Shown: positions 1-9,234, counted from the stretch's first letter. The stretch is 64,000 nucleotides of DNA from a virus (IMGVR_UViG_3300037042_006844:122556-186555), one strand, 5' to 3'. Made by a program: numbers and translations. Notes: generated from the letters alone by a model not told the origin.

Positions 1-2
1 CC

Positions 3-251
3 GATGAGCAGGAGAGCGGCACAACCCACAACCTCAACGGTGTCGGGTTCAGCGGGTGCGATGCTGAGATTTTGAGCAGCTTCGCGAAGCAACTCGCCAA
101 GGGACGCACGTTGAGCGCAAAGCAGATGGCGATTGTGTTCCGCAAGATGCCGCGCTACTGGCGGCAAGTGGCGGGTTTCATCCCGCAGGACAAGATGGAT
201 GCCATTGAGGCGCAAGCCAAGCTGGCACTGCCCGTGGCAGCTAAGGCGTAG
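3..251 (+). CDS. 3' end of a CDS truncated by the window edge, product unknown
   Basis: Open frame 3 from the window start to TAG at about 249-251 (…AKQLAKGRTLSAKQMAIVFRKMPRYWRQVAGFIPQDKMDAIEAQAKLALPVAAKA*). No start codon lies within the window. Confidence 0.35.
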   Translation, partial: DEQESGTTHNLNGVGFSGCDAEILSSFAKQLAKGRTLSAKQMAIVFRKMPRYWRQVAGFIPQDKMDAIEAQAKLALPVAAKA

Positions 252-593
252 CCCGCCAATACATAGCGAGTTGCCATGCTGCCGAAAGGCAGCTTTTTTG
301 TGGCCAGGTTTCTTATCCATATTCAAGCTATTTGACACGGTGAAAATCGATGTTACCATCTATCATATGAACGTATTCGATTTCTATAAATCTATCACCT
401 GCAGCATTGCAGATTATTTGATCTTTATAGCATCAATGGCTGTGCTGTATCTGGCGTTTAGTGTGATCGTGACATTTCTGGTTGACCAGTTTTGCAAAAT
501 TATTATGTTCATTCGCGCCCCCATCCGCATCCCCGAAACCGACAGCAATAGTAATAAGAATAAAACAACTAATTCAGTGGAATAAGTTCCCGA

Positions 594-621
594 TTGACTT
601 TCGCCGAATCGGGGTTATACT
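594..621 (+). promoter_or_regulatory. sigma70-like promoter (TTGACT-N16-TATACT) for the helicase gene; the predicted transcription start is 2-3 nt before the ATG, so the mRNA is leaderless
   Basis: TTGACT at 594-599, a 16-nt spacer, and TATACT at 616-621. The ATG at 631 is about 9 nt after the -10 box. The same TATACTTTAG module recurs at 41678-41705. Confidence 0.5.
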
Positions 622-630
622 TTAGGAACA

Positions 631-1989
631 ATGAATTTGGATCAATTGCTTGAACCTCAACGGGATCATGCTGTGCGTGGTCTCAACAGTCTGTTGCTCA
701 ACGGTGCTTTTGCCGATTTGAGCGAAACCGGTTGTGGCAAGACTTATGTCGCATCATGGCTCGCCAAACACCTAAACGTCCCCGTGGTTGTCGTTTGCCC
801 GAAAGTGGTCAAGCGCAACTGGACCAAAGTTTTGGGGTCGTTTGGCATCAAAGCCAATGTCGTTATCAATTTTGAGCTTCTCATGCGCGGCAACACTCCG
901 CATTTGACGTTTAAGAATGGGAAGGACGACAACTCCAGTTTCTATCAGATTCACTTCCCCAAGGATGCCCTTATCATCATCGATGAGGTTCACAAGTGCA
1001 AGGGTTGGAACAGCAAGAACAGCGATTTTCTGGTTGCTTGCAAGCAACAAGGTTTCAAGCTGTTGCTGTTGAGCGCAACTGCTGCGACCAATCCTTTGGA
1101 GATGCGTTCTTTTGGGTTTGCAACTCTGCTGCACGATCTCACGAATTTTCGCAAGTTTCTGGCAGATGCTGGTGCATACACCAGTCGTTTCGGTGGATAC
1201 CAGATTGATTTGACTTGTGACCGGACGCTCAAAGCGATGGGCAACATGCACCTTGATTTGTTCACCAAGCTGGAAATTGCTGGACGTATGACCCGCAAAC
1301 AATTTGGCAAGATTTTCCCGGATAATCGGGTGATTGCCGATGCGTTTGACATGGGGACCAATACCGCCAAGATTCAGAAAGTGTATGAAATCATGGAGCG
1401 GGAGCTTGCGCAACTCGAAGAATCGAGCCGTCATTATAAGGAACACCAGTTCGCTATCATGACCAAAGCTCGTCGTCTGGCGGAACTGCTCAAGGTTCCC
1501 ACGATGGTCGAGATGATTGAGGATCTATTCGATGAAGGCATCAGCCCCGTTTGTTTCGTAAACTACACCGAGACTGTGGATGCGATTCGAAGCAAGCTGG
1601 AAAAGAACAGCAAGCTGGCGAATCACCTCAACTTTATTGTTGGTGGTCAGAGCGAAAAGGTGCGCAATGCTGGCATCGATGCTTTCCAGAACAATACTCG
1701 TCGGATCATGATTGCCAACCTTGCAGCTGGCAACGCGGGTGTGGATTTGCACGATTTGCTGGGCGGGCATGGTCGTCATTCGATCATCAGCCCGAGCTTT
1801 AGCGCGATTCATTTGATCCAGGCTCTGGGTCGTATTCACCGTGCAGAGGGCAAAACCCCTTGCATCCAAACGATTCTGTTTGCTCTTGGCACGATTGAGG
1901 AAGTGGCATGTAAACGAGTTCAAGCCAAGATTAACAACACCGACATGTTGAATGACGGTGATTTGACTAGTGGTATCAAGATTATATAA
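631..1989 (+). CDS. superfamily-2 helicase of DEAD/DEAH or SNF2 type
   Basis: Walker A motif GCGKTYV and DEVH box (IIIDEVHKCK) in the translation. C-terminal helicase domain with QALGRIHRAEGK (motif VI). 452 aa. Confidence 0.8.
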   Translation: MNLDQLLEPQRDHAVRGLNSLLLNGAFADLSETGCGKTYVASWLAKHLNVPVVVVCPKVVKRNWTKVLGSFGIKANVVINFELLMRGNTPHLTFKNGKDDNSSFYQIHFPKDALIIIDEVHKCKGWNSKNSDFLVACKQQGFKLLLLSATAATNPLEMRSFGFATLLHDLTNFRKFLADAGAYTSRFGGYQIDLTCDRTLKAMGNMHLDLFTKLEIAGRMTRKQFGKIFPDNRVIADAFDMGTNTAKIQKVYEIMERELAQLEESSRHYKEHQFAIMTKARRLAELLKVPTMVEMIEDLFDEGISPVCFVNYTETVDAIRSKLEKNSKLANHLNFIVGGQSEKVRNAGIDAFQNNTRRIMIANLAAGNAGVDLHDLLGGHGRHSIISPSFSAIHLIQALGRIHRAEGKTPCIQTILFALGTIEEVACKRVQAKINNTDMLNDGDLTSGIKII

Positions 1990-1996
1990 GAAACAT

Positions 1997-2251
1997 ATGG
2001 CAACGAAAATCGTAGCAGTTTGGTATCCATTGAATACTGTCCGGGCAGGCCGCCGGGAGGTCATGACCGTCGAGAGCGATGCCGACATCAAAAAAGCGTT
2101 CGGTCTTTTATTGTTCGACAAAGCTGCCAACAATCTGTTGGTGAATTATGGTGGTAAACTGTATATCATCGAGGCAACCGACAGAATTAAACGCATTTAC
2201 ACCCGTCGAGTGACGGAGTATCATCCTTTGAGCGACATGGTCAAAATCTAG
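1997..2251 (+). CDS. hypothetical protein
   Basis: Track ORF 1970..2251. The likely start is the ATG within AACATATGG at about 1997 (MATKIVAVWYPL…). Confidence 0.4.
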   Translation: MATKIVAVWYPLNTVRAGRREVMTVESDADIKKAFGLLLFDKAANNLLVNYGGKLYIIEATDRIKRIYTRRVTEYHPLSDMVKI

Positions 2252-2313
2252 GTCGCTCATCTTCAACGGGGTTAACCTCCCCGTTATCTACAAAAACAAA
2301 AGGTCATTTCATT

Positions 2314-2356
2314 GTGGTTTCTCGCCCGTCTAACCTAAAAAGACGGGCATTTCTTT
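2314..2356 (+). terminator. rho-independent terminator
   Basis: GC hairpin GCCCGTCT…AGACGGGC followed by TTTCTTTTG. Confidence 0.5.
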
Positions 2357-2382
2357 TGTCCACATGCATATGTATATGATAT

Positions 2383-2610
2383 ATGCCACCACAACCGCCG
2401 CCAACAGAATGGAAAACCGGAAGCATCGACATACGAGGCTTGCAAACCAAATTGCAATCCTATGTGATCGTGCGTTCCAAATACAATGACCCGAGCTTGC
2501 CGTTGCTGCAAGACTTGATTAATGCTATAATCGCCAACCTTCAGAGCCTACAAACGCAGATAAATACTGGAGCAACCGTGGTGAATCTGCACACGTTCTG
2601 GGGATTGTAA
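2383..2610 (+). CDS. hypothetical protein
   Basis: 75-aa ORF after a run of ATGs (CATATGTATATGATATATG). Confidence 0.35.
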   Translation: MPPQPPPTEWKTGSIDIRGLQTKLQSYVIVRSKYNDPSLPLLQDLINAIIANLQSLQTQINTGATVVNLHTFWGL

Positions 2611-2642
2611 GCGCAATCCTGGCCAGGATTGTTATGCAAAAA

Positions 2643-2676
2643 GCCCCAACAGTGGAATAAATCCGTTGGGGCTTTG
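2643..2676. terminator. bidirectional terminator hairpin between convergent genes
   Basis: AGCCCCAAC…GTTGGGGCT with T/A runs on both sides. Confidence 0.5.
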
Positions 2677-2737
2677 TCTTTCTGTGTGTCTCACAAAATC
2701 AACGGGAATATGACAAACTCGTTGGTCATGAAAGAAT

Positions 2738-3070
2738 CTAGTTTTTATCCCACCGCTTGCGCCATTTTTCTTTTTCTGATACCTTTTTGCCAGCCTCGGT
2801 GATTTCATATATCGGCTGACCATCGTCATCGCTGCCAACCACTTCTACATATCCTTTGCTGCAAAGATACTCCATCTGAATAGCATGGATGAATTGCGTG
2901 GCAAGCTCTCGATCCATACCAGTAGTTTTCATTAAATCACATAATGTGTTTTCGATTGTGACTTCTGTTTCCACAGCATCTGAATCTTTTGATAAACAAT
3001 GTGCTAGAAACTCGTCGTTTGTGCCAGAGAAAAAATCAGGGAATATAGTGCTATTGATCAATCTGTTCAT
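2738..3070 (-). CDS. hypothetical protein
   Basis: 110-aa ORF. Stop codon (cta on the plus strand) and C-terminus …WDKN verified from the sequence. Confidence 0.5.
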   Translation of the reverse strand: MNRLINSTIFPDFFSGTNDEFLAHCLSKDSDAVETEVTIENTLCDLMKTTGMDRELATQFIHAIQMEYLCSKGYVEVVGSDDDGQPIYEITEAGKKVSEKEKWRKRWDKN

Positions 3071-3588
3071 ATGATTGATGTTACCGCCGATTTTTCGGGT
3101 GTCAACTTGAAAAACTCCCGATACGCCGACCGAGGAATTTTCTGTTTCGGATATAAATTCCGCAATTCTTTTCCCGCAACAAATCGAACTTTTATTGTTG
3201 GAAACTCGGTGATGTCGGTGATTATGTATATCAATTCATCATAAATCTTTCGGTCTGCCGGTGACGCATGAACAGGATCATGAATCTTTCGACCACTGCC
3301 CACCATAAAGCTTGGAGCGAAATTGCAGCCACCTTTGGTAAAACATTTATGTTCAAAATATGTTTGATCCACTTTGTGCATGTGATCAAAGCCAGATCCA
3401 TTGACATAATCCAAACAGTCGAACCATTTGGTCAATTGCAATTGAATCAAAGGAGCACATGCCCGACCATCGCGAAACAATAGGTTGAGATCATCACGGG
3501 TCAGATCGCCCCAACTGCATTGTTCAATGGTGAACGTATAGATTTTATTGATATTAATTGTGGTCATATTATGATACATTTTTCGCAC
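3067..3588 (-). CDS. hypothetical protein
   Basis: 173-aa ORF whose end overlaps the start of the downstream gene by 4 nt. Confidence 0.5.
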   Translation of the reverse strand: MRKMYHNMTTININKIYTFTIEQCSWGDLTRDDLNLLFRDGRACAPLIQLQLTKWFDCLDYVNGSGFDHMHKVDQTYFEHKCFTKGGCNFAPSFMVGSGRKIHDPVHASPADRKIYDELIYIITDITEFPTIKVRFVAGKELRNLYPKQKIPRSAYREFFKLTPEKSAVTSII

Positions 3589-3719
3589 GATGTTGGGTCA
3601 TTCTGTCAAGTCTCCGCAACAGACGGTCAATCCGGCAGCAAAGACACAACCGATCACCACAGCGGCACAGCTTTGCAGTTTGGCGCATTGCATCGATGCG
3701 GCCTGGATAACCGTCGCGG

Positions 3720-3944
3720 TCATATCGAATCAGTTTTGAGAGTGACATCATTACATTTGATAAATAGTTTCAACACCCGACGTTCTGCCCGTTGAAGCCG
3801 CAGAAAAGCGGCACGAAGCTCACGCTTCGATACATTATGCTTTCGAGCCACCATCATGTCCATAGCCACTTGGCACATGAATTTGGCATGATCTTCATTG
3901 GCTGACCAACGCTCGACAACTGGGTCAATCTGTTTGGTTTTCAT
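3720..3944 (-). CDS. hypothetical small protein
   Basis: 74-aa ORF in the minus-strand gene block. Confidence 0.3.
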   Translation of the reverse strand: MKTKQIDPVVERWSANEDHAKFMCQVAMDMMVARKHNVSKRELRAAFLRLQRAERRVLKLFIKCNDVTLKTDSI

Positions 3945-3986
3945 TTCGGTATATGTTGTGTTATTTCTATATTCTTGGACACTACC

Positions 3987-4346
3987 TTAGTCATTCATCA
4001 CAGTGGAAGGATGATTCGGCAACCACTCCTGCTTGACCGTGATCTGCTGCCACAGATACATGCGAATCTCGAACTGTTCCCATGATGGCGAATCGTCAAA
4101 CCGAATCGTGGTGCCCGATTCACTAATCACTGCGTCATTCAACATGCCTTCCGTGATGCTGACAGCATCATCATCATCCTCGTATTCACCGAGCCAAATC
4201 ACCGTGCGGTGTGGGTGTTCGCCCTGAGGTTCAGAAAAGCAACTAATCATTTCCTTGCCCTTGTAAACGTGGAAAAGCACGGTTGCATTGAGCATCTGGC
4301 GATACAGACTTTTGACTTTGATCATGTCCATTTTGGTCTCACTCAT
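3987..4346 (-). CDS. hypothetical protein
   Basis: 119-aa ORF with an acidic EYEDDDDA stretch. Confidence 0.5.
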   Translation of the reverse strand: MSETKMDMIKVKSLYRQMLNATVLFHVYKGKEMISCFSEPQGEHPHRTVIWLGEYEDDDDAVSITEGMLNDAVISESGTTIRFDDSPSWEQFEIRMYLWQQITVKQEWLPNHPSTVMND

Positions 4347-4506
4347 ATAATTAAAGATACCACGCTTTTGATAGAGGTCAATAGCTTTAATAACATTATA
4401 AATTCAAACCAGGAGTTATATGACGAGTTTTGAACATGTATGCACTGTTATAGCAGAAAAAAGCTATAAATGACTGGACAATGATATGAGCTTGTTGGCC
4501 AACAAA

Positions 4507-4530
4507 AAACCCAGCTTTTGGCTGGGTTGC
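4507..4530 (-). terminator. terminator hairpin for the 4551..4889 gene
   Basis: AACCCAGC-TTTT-GGCTGGGTT followed by a T-run on the minus strand. An inverted copy of the same hairpin lies at about 4958-4982. Confidence 0.45.
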
Positions 4531-4550
4531 CGATTGCTGCAATGACCTGA

Positions 4551-4889
4551 TCAGTCCTTGCGATCCTTGCGAATTTTATCGACTTGCATGGTGCCGAAAT
4601 GGGGCATCATATCCTTTGGAAACCTCGGGTCCTGAGCACGAACCTTGACCTTGCCGTTGACGATGACGAGGTCTTTCATCGCGATGCGCCAACCAGCGGG
4701 AAGCTTGACCACATGGCCTGGGGCATTGTTCATGGACTGCGTCACCGTCAACTCGGCTGGTTCGGCGACGGTTGCGTTTGCCCAACTGCAAAACTTGTTG
4801 GCGTTGGCGTTGGTGAGAACCTCGCCATACTTGGCGATCTGCGCGGCTTTGACTGCTTTGTCGACTTTCTGTTGTTTCGTCATGCCCAC
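4551..4889 (-). CDS. hypothetical protein, leaderless
   Basis: 112-aa ORF. The probable ATG start is the third codon (MTKQQKVD…). It sits immediately downstream of a TTGACT-N17-TATTAT promoter. Confidence 0.5.
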   Translation of the reverse strand: MGMTKQQKVDKAVKAAQIAKYGEVLTNANANKFCSWANATVAEPAELTVTQSMNNAPGHVVKLPAGWRIAMKDLVIVNGKVKVRAQDPRFPKDMMPHFGTMQVDKIRKDRKD

Positions 4890-4918
4890 ATAATACAGGA
4901 ATCAGCAGCACAAGTCAA
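4890..4918 (-). promoter_or_regulatory. sigma70-like promoter (minus strand) giving a leaderless transcript
   Basis: On the minus strand: TTGACT (plus-strand 4913-18), a 17-nt spacer, TATTAT (plus-strand 4890-95), and the ATG 6 nt later. Confidence 0.45.
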
Positions 4919-5005
4919 CAGCTTTCGATAAAAAGGTCAACAAATAAGTTCTGGCCGCGATTGACCCAGCCAAAAGCTGGGTTTGATGCGTAGGTATATG
5001 ATCGA

Positions 5006-5290
5006 TTAATTATCGAGCGTCAACCACCCGGTCGCGGGATAATAGTTGTCGCCGAGGCGCAGAGTCCAAACGCCATGTTGCGGATGGAGCGGATGCTGAC
5101 AGCGAATGACGTAGGTCTTGATCCTGGGGTCTCTGTAGTTGGGTATTGTCCGCACGATCTCCACACGATAACCGATGGGGAGTTGAACTGCCGGACGCGT
5201 TCCAGAAAAAAGGTTCTCGGCAAAGGCGCAACACGCACAAGCCACCGTGGCATTCGGCACGAACTGGTTTAGAGTCTCTCTCATGCCCAA
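5006..5290 (-). CDS. hypothetical protein, leaderless
   Basis: 94-aa ORF (MGMRETLNQ…). It has the same duplicated promoter and start module as 4551..4889. Confidence 0.5.
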   Translation of the reverse strand: MGMRETLNQFVPNATVACACCAFAENLFSGTRPAVQLPIGYRVEIVRTIPNYRDPRIKTYVIRCQHPLHPQHGVWTLRLGDNYYPATGWLTLDN

Positions 5291-5319
5291 ATACTACAGG
5301 AATCAGCAGCACAAGTCAA
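5291..5319 (-). promoter_or_regulatory. sigma70-like promoter (minus strand), a duplicate of the 4890..4918 module
   Basis: TTGACT-N17-TAGTAT on the minus strand, followed by gggcATG. Confidence 0.45.
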
Positions 5320-5736
5320 CAGCTTTCGACACAAAAAGATGAAAATAATCCGGGGCTGGCCCGCGTGGCCGCAGTTTTTGTATCCTGTTGTTATTCAACG
5401 CTTTGCATACATATCGTTTTTGTGTTTGTTATCTTATTGTTGCGCAACACTTTATAGCAATATTCCTTGCGTTGTATCCTGTTGTGCTATAGTGTGTTAT
5501 GGTGTCAGCATAGTAACTGTATGGCTCTTTATGTATGCTGTTGCATGATAACAGGATGCAACTTTAATTTCTAGTGTGTTTGCTAACGTGTTGACCGCGA
5601 ACATGTTGCAGTGTTTGCAGGCATATACTGAGTCGTCTGTTTATTTTTTTGGATTATTGCTATAAACTCTTGATGATCAAACACTTGCGAATTTATATAC
5701 TCCCCGGCATATTGAGTCTATATAAACGCCGCTTTG

Positions 5737-5865
5737 CGTTGCATTGCTGCAATCATAACCTGTTTGCTTATGTATTGAAAACATTGGGGTTTTTACACTT
5801 TTACCATATGTCTGACTCGATTTGCAATGCAGCAATCATAACCTGTTTACTTATGTATTGAAAAT
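5737..5865. repeat. two 44-bp direct repeats, TTGCAATGCAGCAATCATAACCTGTTTrCTTATGTATTGAAAA
   Basis: Copies at about 5737-5780 and about 5821-5865, read directly from the sequence. Confidence 0.6.
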
Positions 5866-6744
5866 GCAGCCGCTAGAGTCTCGCTTGACCTTTTTATAAA
5901 CGAGTGTAAAATGGGTTTATGTGGTGGTCAGTGAACATAGACCCAGTTTAATATAGCAATTCTCAGTCTATATCGGTTAGGCAAGCACCATATTGAGTGC
6001 ATACTGGTTTCCAGCATAGCATATGAGCATCAATTCAGTCTATATGCATAGTTCCTCGACATACTGAGTCTATAACGCTGCAACTCAACATAGACTCGAT
6101 CATCAGATACACTCATTATAGCATGGCACTATAAGCGCAACTGAGCCTATCCATTGAAACAACAACGCCGCAACTCAATATGCATTGGAAATTCCGAAAA
6201 AAATTTTTTTGAACTCGACAAAAATCCAAAAAACAGTTTTGGTAATAGACATACATAATAGACCAGCAGAATTTCTAATAGTTGTGGCGACCTCTTTACC
6301 ATACACTGTGTGTAGTGTCAAGTTATAAGAATTTGTATAATAATTCGGTCAACTCCCTGAAAAATAAACAGCCCTGCTCCAGCACCTACCATATATACAG
6401 ACACCACACAGCACCACATCATGAGCATATACCCACACACTGCAAAAATGCTCAGGAACACAGCAAAAATATGCAAAAAAGCCAATGAAATCAGGGGTTT
6501 GCGCTAAAAATGGACGTTATTCTTCATAGTTAGTCTACTTTTATTCATGTGCATTCTATACCCCCTAGTAGATATACAACCCTTCTTACCATCAATAATC
6601 TGCATATTATTATTGCTATTAATTCCAGTTTACTCCATATATACAATTTCGTCACCCCTCTGTTGAGCTTTTTGCAAAATGACCCGGGGGCCTGTTTCAA
6701 ATTATGAGGGGGGGGGGGTTCCTCTCATACGCAGGGGGGCCTGT

Positions 6745-6925
6745 TGAGCCTCTTTGCGGATGTTAAGCTCTCTCTAGGCTTATGATATGTTGAGCTTCCC
6801 ATATATGTTGAGCCTCTTTGCGGATGTTGAGCTTAGGCATATATTGAGCTTAGGCTTAGGCATATATGTTGAGCCTTTTTGCGGATGTTGAGCTTAGGGG
6901 CTCTTATGATATGTTGAGTTGTTGG
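6745..6925. repeat. iteron array of (T)ATGTTGAGC(Y)T
   Basis: About 10 copies. Three carry the longer unit TGTTGAGCCTCTTTGCGGATGTTGAGCTT. Confidence 0.6.
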
Positions 6926-7244
6926 TGTTGGTGTTGCTGCAAGGGTCTGAGCTTTTTGCAAAATGACCCGGGGCCTGTTAAGCTCTCTCTCTCTTAGGCT
7001 TATATGATATGAGGGGGGGGGTCTGTTGTGGAGCCCCCACCTATGGGGAGGGGTTTGATGTCTGAGCTTGAAGCTACCTATACACTCTCTCTCTCTCCTA
7101 AGCTCTCTCTGTCTCTCTATCTCTTATGAGATGAGCCTATGTGTGTGAAACTGAAATGATGAGTGGCACAGGCAATGCTATACATATTGGTATTTTATAT
7201 TTTGGTGATGTGTTGACCGCGAACATTCCTTGAATTGAATTCAT

Positions 7245-7835
7245 ATGAACATTTTGATTCTCTACTTATATGGTATGACCCACATGAAAAGACTGGTGCA
7301 GTTGTTTGCTGCTCTCACAATCGGCATTCTAATAATACTATTTTCTACAGGATGTGACGGCAAGAAAAAGTCCACCTATGAATTTCGTAGTCTGCCCAAA
7401 AATGAAGCACTGGATGTTCTGATGTATACCAATGCTATTCGTCCATTGAAGTGCTTTCGTATGAGTGATAAAACATATGCCATACCCAGTGTTAAGTGGA
7501 TACAAGAAGTATTTACCCCCGAATTCAAGAACTACCTATTCCGAAACAACTTGAAAACTGTTCGGGACAGCATCAACGATTGTGACAAATATTGTTTACA
7601 TGCCCGCAGTGTTGCCAGTGTATTGTATAGCAAAGAAACCAAACGCATCCCAGGTGCTGCACTGGCTATGGGTGAGTTCGTGTATTGGTATGGTTTGGAT
7701 ATGCATGATATTGTATTCTTTCTGGCATATGACGAAACATATGGCGATCTGGTTATGGTATTTTATGAACCCATGATTCAAAACATCATCATCTTTGAAC
7801 CCAGGGATGCTGGTTGTGTGGATTGTATGATGTGA
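7245..7835 (+). CDS. putative lipoprotein
   Basis: Signal peptide plus lipobox (…ILFSTGCDGKKK). The likely start is the internal Met of MKRLVQLF (about 7287). Confidence 0.5.
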   Translation: MNILILYLYGMTHMKRLVQLFAALTIGILIILFSTGCDGKKKSTYEFRSLPKNEALDVLMYTNAIRPLKCFRMSDKTYAIPSVKWIQEVFTPEFKNYLFRNNLKTVRDSINDCDKYCLHARSVASVLYSKETKRIPGAALAMGEFVYWYGLDMHDIVFFLAYDETYGDLVMVFYEPMIQNIIIFEPRDAGCVDCMM

Positions 7836-8084
7836 CTTTTTTATATAAAATATAACGCCTCCTTCTTTTTATAACTTGTTTTGTTGCAACTTCCATGATA
7901 ACATCTAGTCATGGATGATCGAATAATAGATTCAAAAACATCAAACCGACGACGGTTTTTCTCCTAATTTGTTTCAGGGTATTGTTGCTGCTGGTATAGC
8001 TCCCAGCATCATTGCCACAACAACTGTTAAAAACTATACCACACCACTACGATTCAGCATCAGGAGAATTGATATTAAATTAAT

Positions 8085-8375
8085 ATGAAAAATAGAAAAG
8101 GTTTTGGTAAAATCGACATCGACGGTAAGAAATTTCTGTTCAACTGGGCAAAAAACCTAGATGGAGATGGTCCTTTGCTTGTGATGTATGACGAGGATGA
8201 TAATAAAGTAGAAATACCATATAGTATTTGGAACATATATCCAGATAGTGATGAATATATGTCAGGACCGGGCACTTGGCATGGAAAACATAAACGTGGA
8301 CCTGAATGGGGTGGTTGGGGGAAACGTCAAGCAAGAGAGATGTATCGTAAATATCTAAAATTTATATCAATATGA
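8085..8375 (+). CDS. hypothetical protein
   Basis: 96-aa ORF rich in Lys, Gly and Trp. Confidence 0.45.
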   Translation: MKNRKGFGKIDIDGKKFLFNWAKNLDGDGPLLVMYDEDDNKVEIPYSIWNIYPDSDEYMSGPGTWHGKHKRGPEWGGWGKRQAREMYRKYLKFISI

Positions 8376-8575
8376 ACTGTAAAAAAAGCAATGTGAAGAA
8401 TAAAGAGTTTTATCAGGAAGCAGAAAATATGCAAACCGGATGGGGAAGACGATTGAAATCTATTGATGAGTTAAAAGATAAAATTAAAAACAAAAAAGAC
8501 ATTACCCTTAGTGATTTTGTATATACTCTTTATGGTGAGGGGCATTTTAGATATTTATATTCTACATATGAATGA
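8372..8575 (+). CDS. hypothetical small protein
   Basis: 67-aa ORF with ATGA overlap onto the previous gene. Confidence 0.3.
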   Translation: MNCKKSNVKNKEFYQEAENMQTGWGRRLKSIDELKDKIKNKKDITLSDFVYTLYGEGHFRYLYSTYE

Positions 8576-8831
8576 CTTATTGATGGGAATTGTGGGACAA
8601 CTAACGGTTGGCAGCGTTGTGTGGTATGTCACCTACTGCGTGATGCGCAACAAACTCGAAAAATTGGATCGTGAACGCTGCCCATATGGCAAGAGTTGCA
8701 TGACATATGATGTTGTTAAAAGCAAAGAGGCATTGGATCGAGTTGTGACCATGCTGGAAAAGAAAGTGGAGGGTTACAGTGAGAATAGACTTGAGACTCT
8801 CAAAATGCTACATGAGTTACGCAAGCTTTGA
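8568..8831 (+). CDS. small membrane protein, CxxxxCMxYD family
   Basis: Start at ACATATGAATGAC. One TM helix followed by RERCPYGKSCMTYDVV. Paralogue of 8944..9213. Confidence 0.45.
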   Translation: MNDLLMGIVGQLTVGSVVWYVTYCVMRNKLEKLDRERCPYGKSCMTYDVVKSKEALDRVVTMLEKKVEGYSENRLETLKMLHELRKL

Positions 8832-8867
8832 AAGTTTTTGATCGACCATAGAGTTACAACATTTTTT

Positions 8868-8912
8868 GCGCAAACCCGCTGATATTTTTTAATAATATCG
8901 GCGGTTTTTGAT
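8868..8912 (+). terminator. rho-independent terminator
   Basis: CCGCTGATAT…ATATCGGCGG followed by TTTTTG. Confidence 0.4.
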
Positions 8913-8943
8913 TTTCGTGTAGTATATTTATGGGATATACACA

Positions 8944-9213
8944 ATGAACGCATTTCTTATCATCATCACTATTATTGTCATCACTGCTGCGATCAGCATA
9001 TTTGCAACTCGCCATATCATGCAAAAAAGACAGGATCGGATCGCGCGTGAGGGCACCGATTGCATTTTTAACCGAGGCTGCATGGTGTATGATTGCGTGG
9101 GTGAGGCTCCTATAAAAACACAATTGACGAATTTATTGATTTATAAAATGAGCATGTGTCCCAACCAAAGCGGCGAAATTGTTGACATATTGAAAAAATT
9201 GCGTAGCAGTTGA
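8944..9213 (+). CDS. small membrane protein, CxxxxCMxYD family
   Basis: TM helix followed by REGTDCIFNRGCMVYDCVG. Confidence 0.45.
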   Translation: MNAFLIIITIIVITAAISIFATRHIMQKRQDRIAREGTDCIFNRGCMVYDCVGEAPIKTQLTNLLIYKMSMCPNQSGEIVDILKKLRSS

Positions 9214-9234
9214 TTCCGGGTTGCTTTTGACAGA

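Larger units (their letters stand above)
5590..7230. repeat. non-coding region dense in repeats and iterons, a candidate replication origin or protein-binding array
   Basis: No credible ORF. Contains 44-bp direct repeats (5737-5865), about eight (C)ATAyTGAGTCTATA-like motifs including an inverted pair (5600-6190), about ten ATGTTGAGC units (6745-6925), G9-11 tracts (6708, 7013) and (CT)n tracts. Bounded by GTGTTGACCGCGAACAT at about 5588 and about 7211. Confidence 0.6.

Noticed and set aside
133-585. 150-aa ORF at the window start
   Set aside because: It overlaps the in-frame C-terminal end of a truncated upstream gene (3..251), has odd Cys/Arg/Trp-rich composition, and precedes the helicase promoter. 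It is more likely spurious.
594-633. AGGAA upstream of the helicase ATG as a Shine-Dalgarno sequence
   Set aside because: The consensus -10 box (616-621) places the transcription start only 2-3 nt before the ATG, so the AGGAA would not be in the mRNA.
772-1446. 224-aa and 126-aa minus-strand ORFs inside the helicase gene
   Set aside because: They are antisense to a CDS with clear helicase motifs and have no independent support.
6282-6488. 68-aa ORF in the repeat region
   Set aside because: It lies within the iteron/low-complexity non-coding region with His/Tyr-rich composition from CA-rich DNA, and has no start context.
6660-7140. Possible CRISPR array
   Set aside because: The repeats are of irregular length and spacing (iteron-like), there are no uniform spacers, and there are no cas genes.
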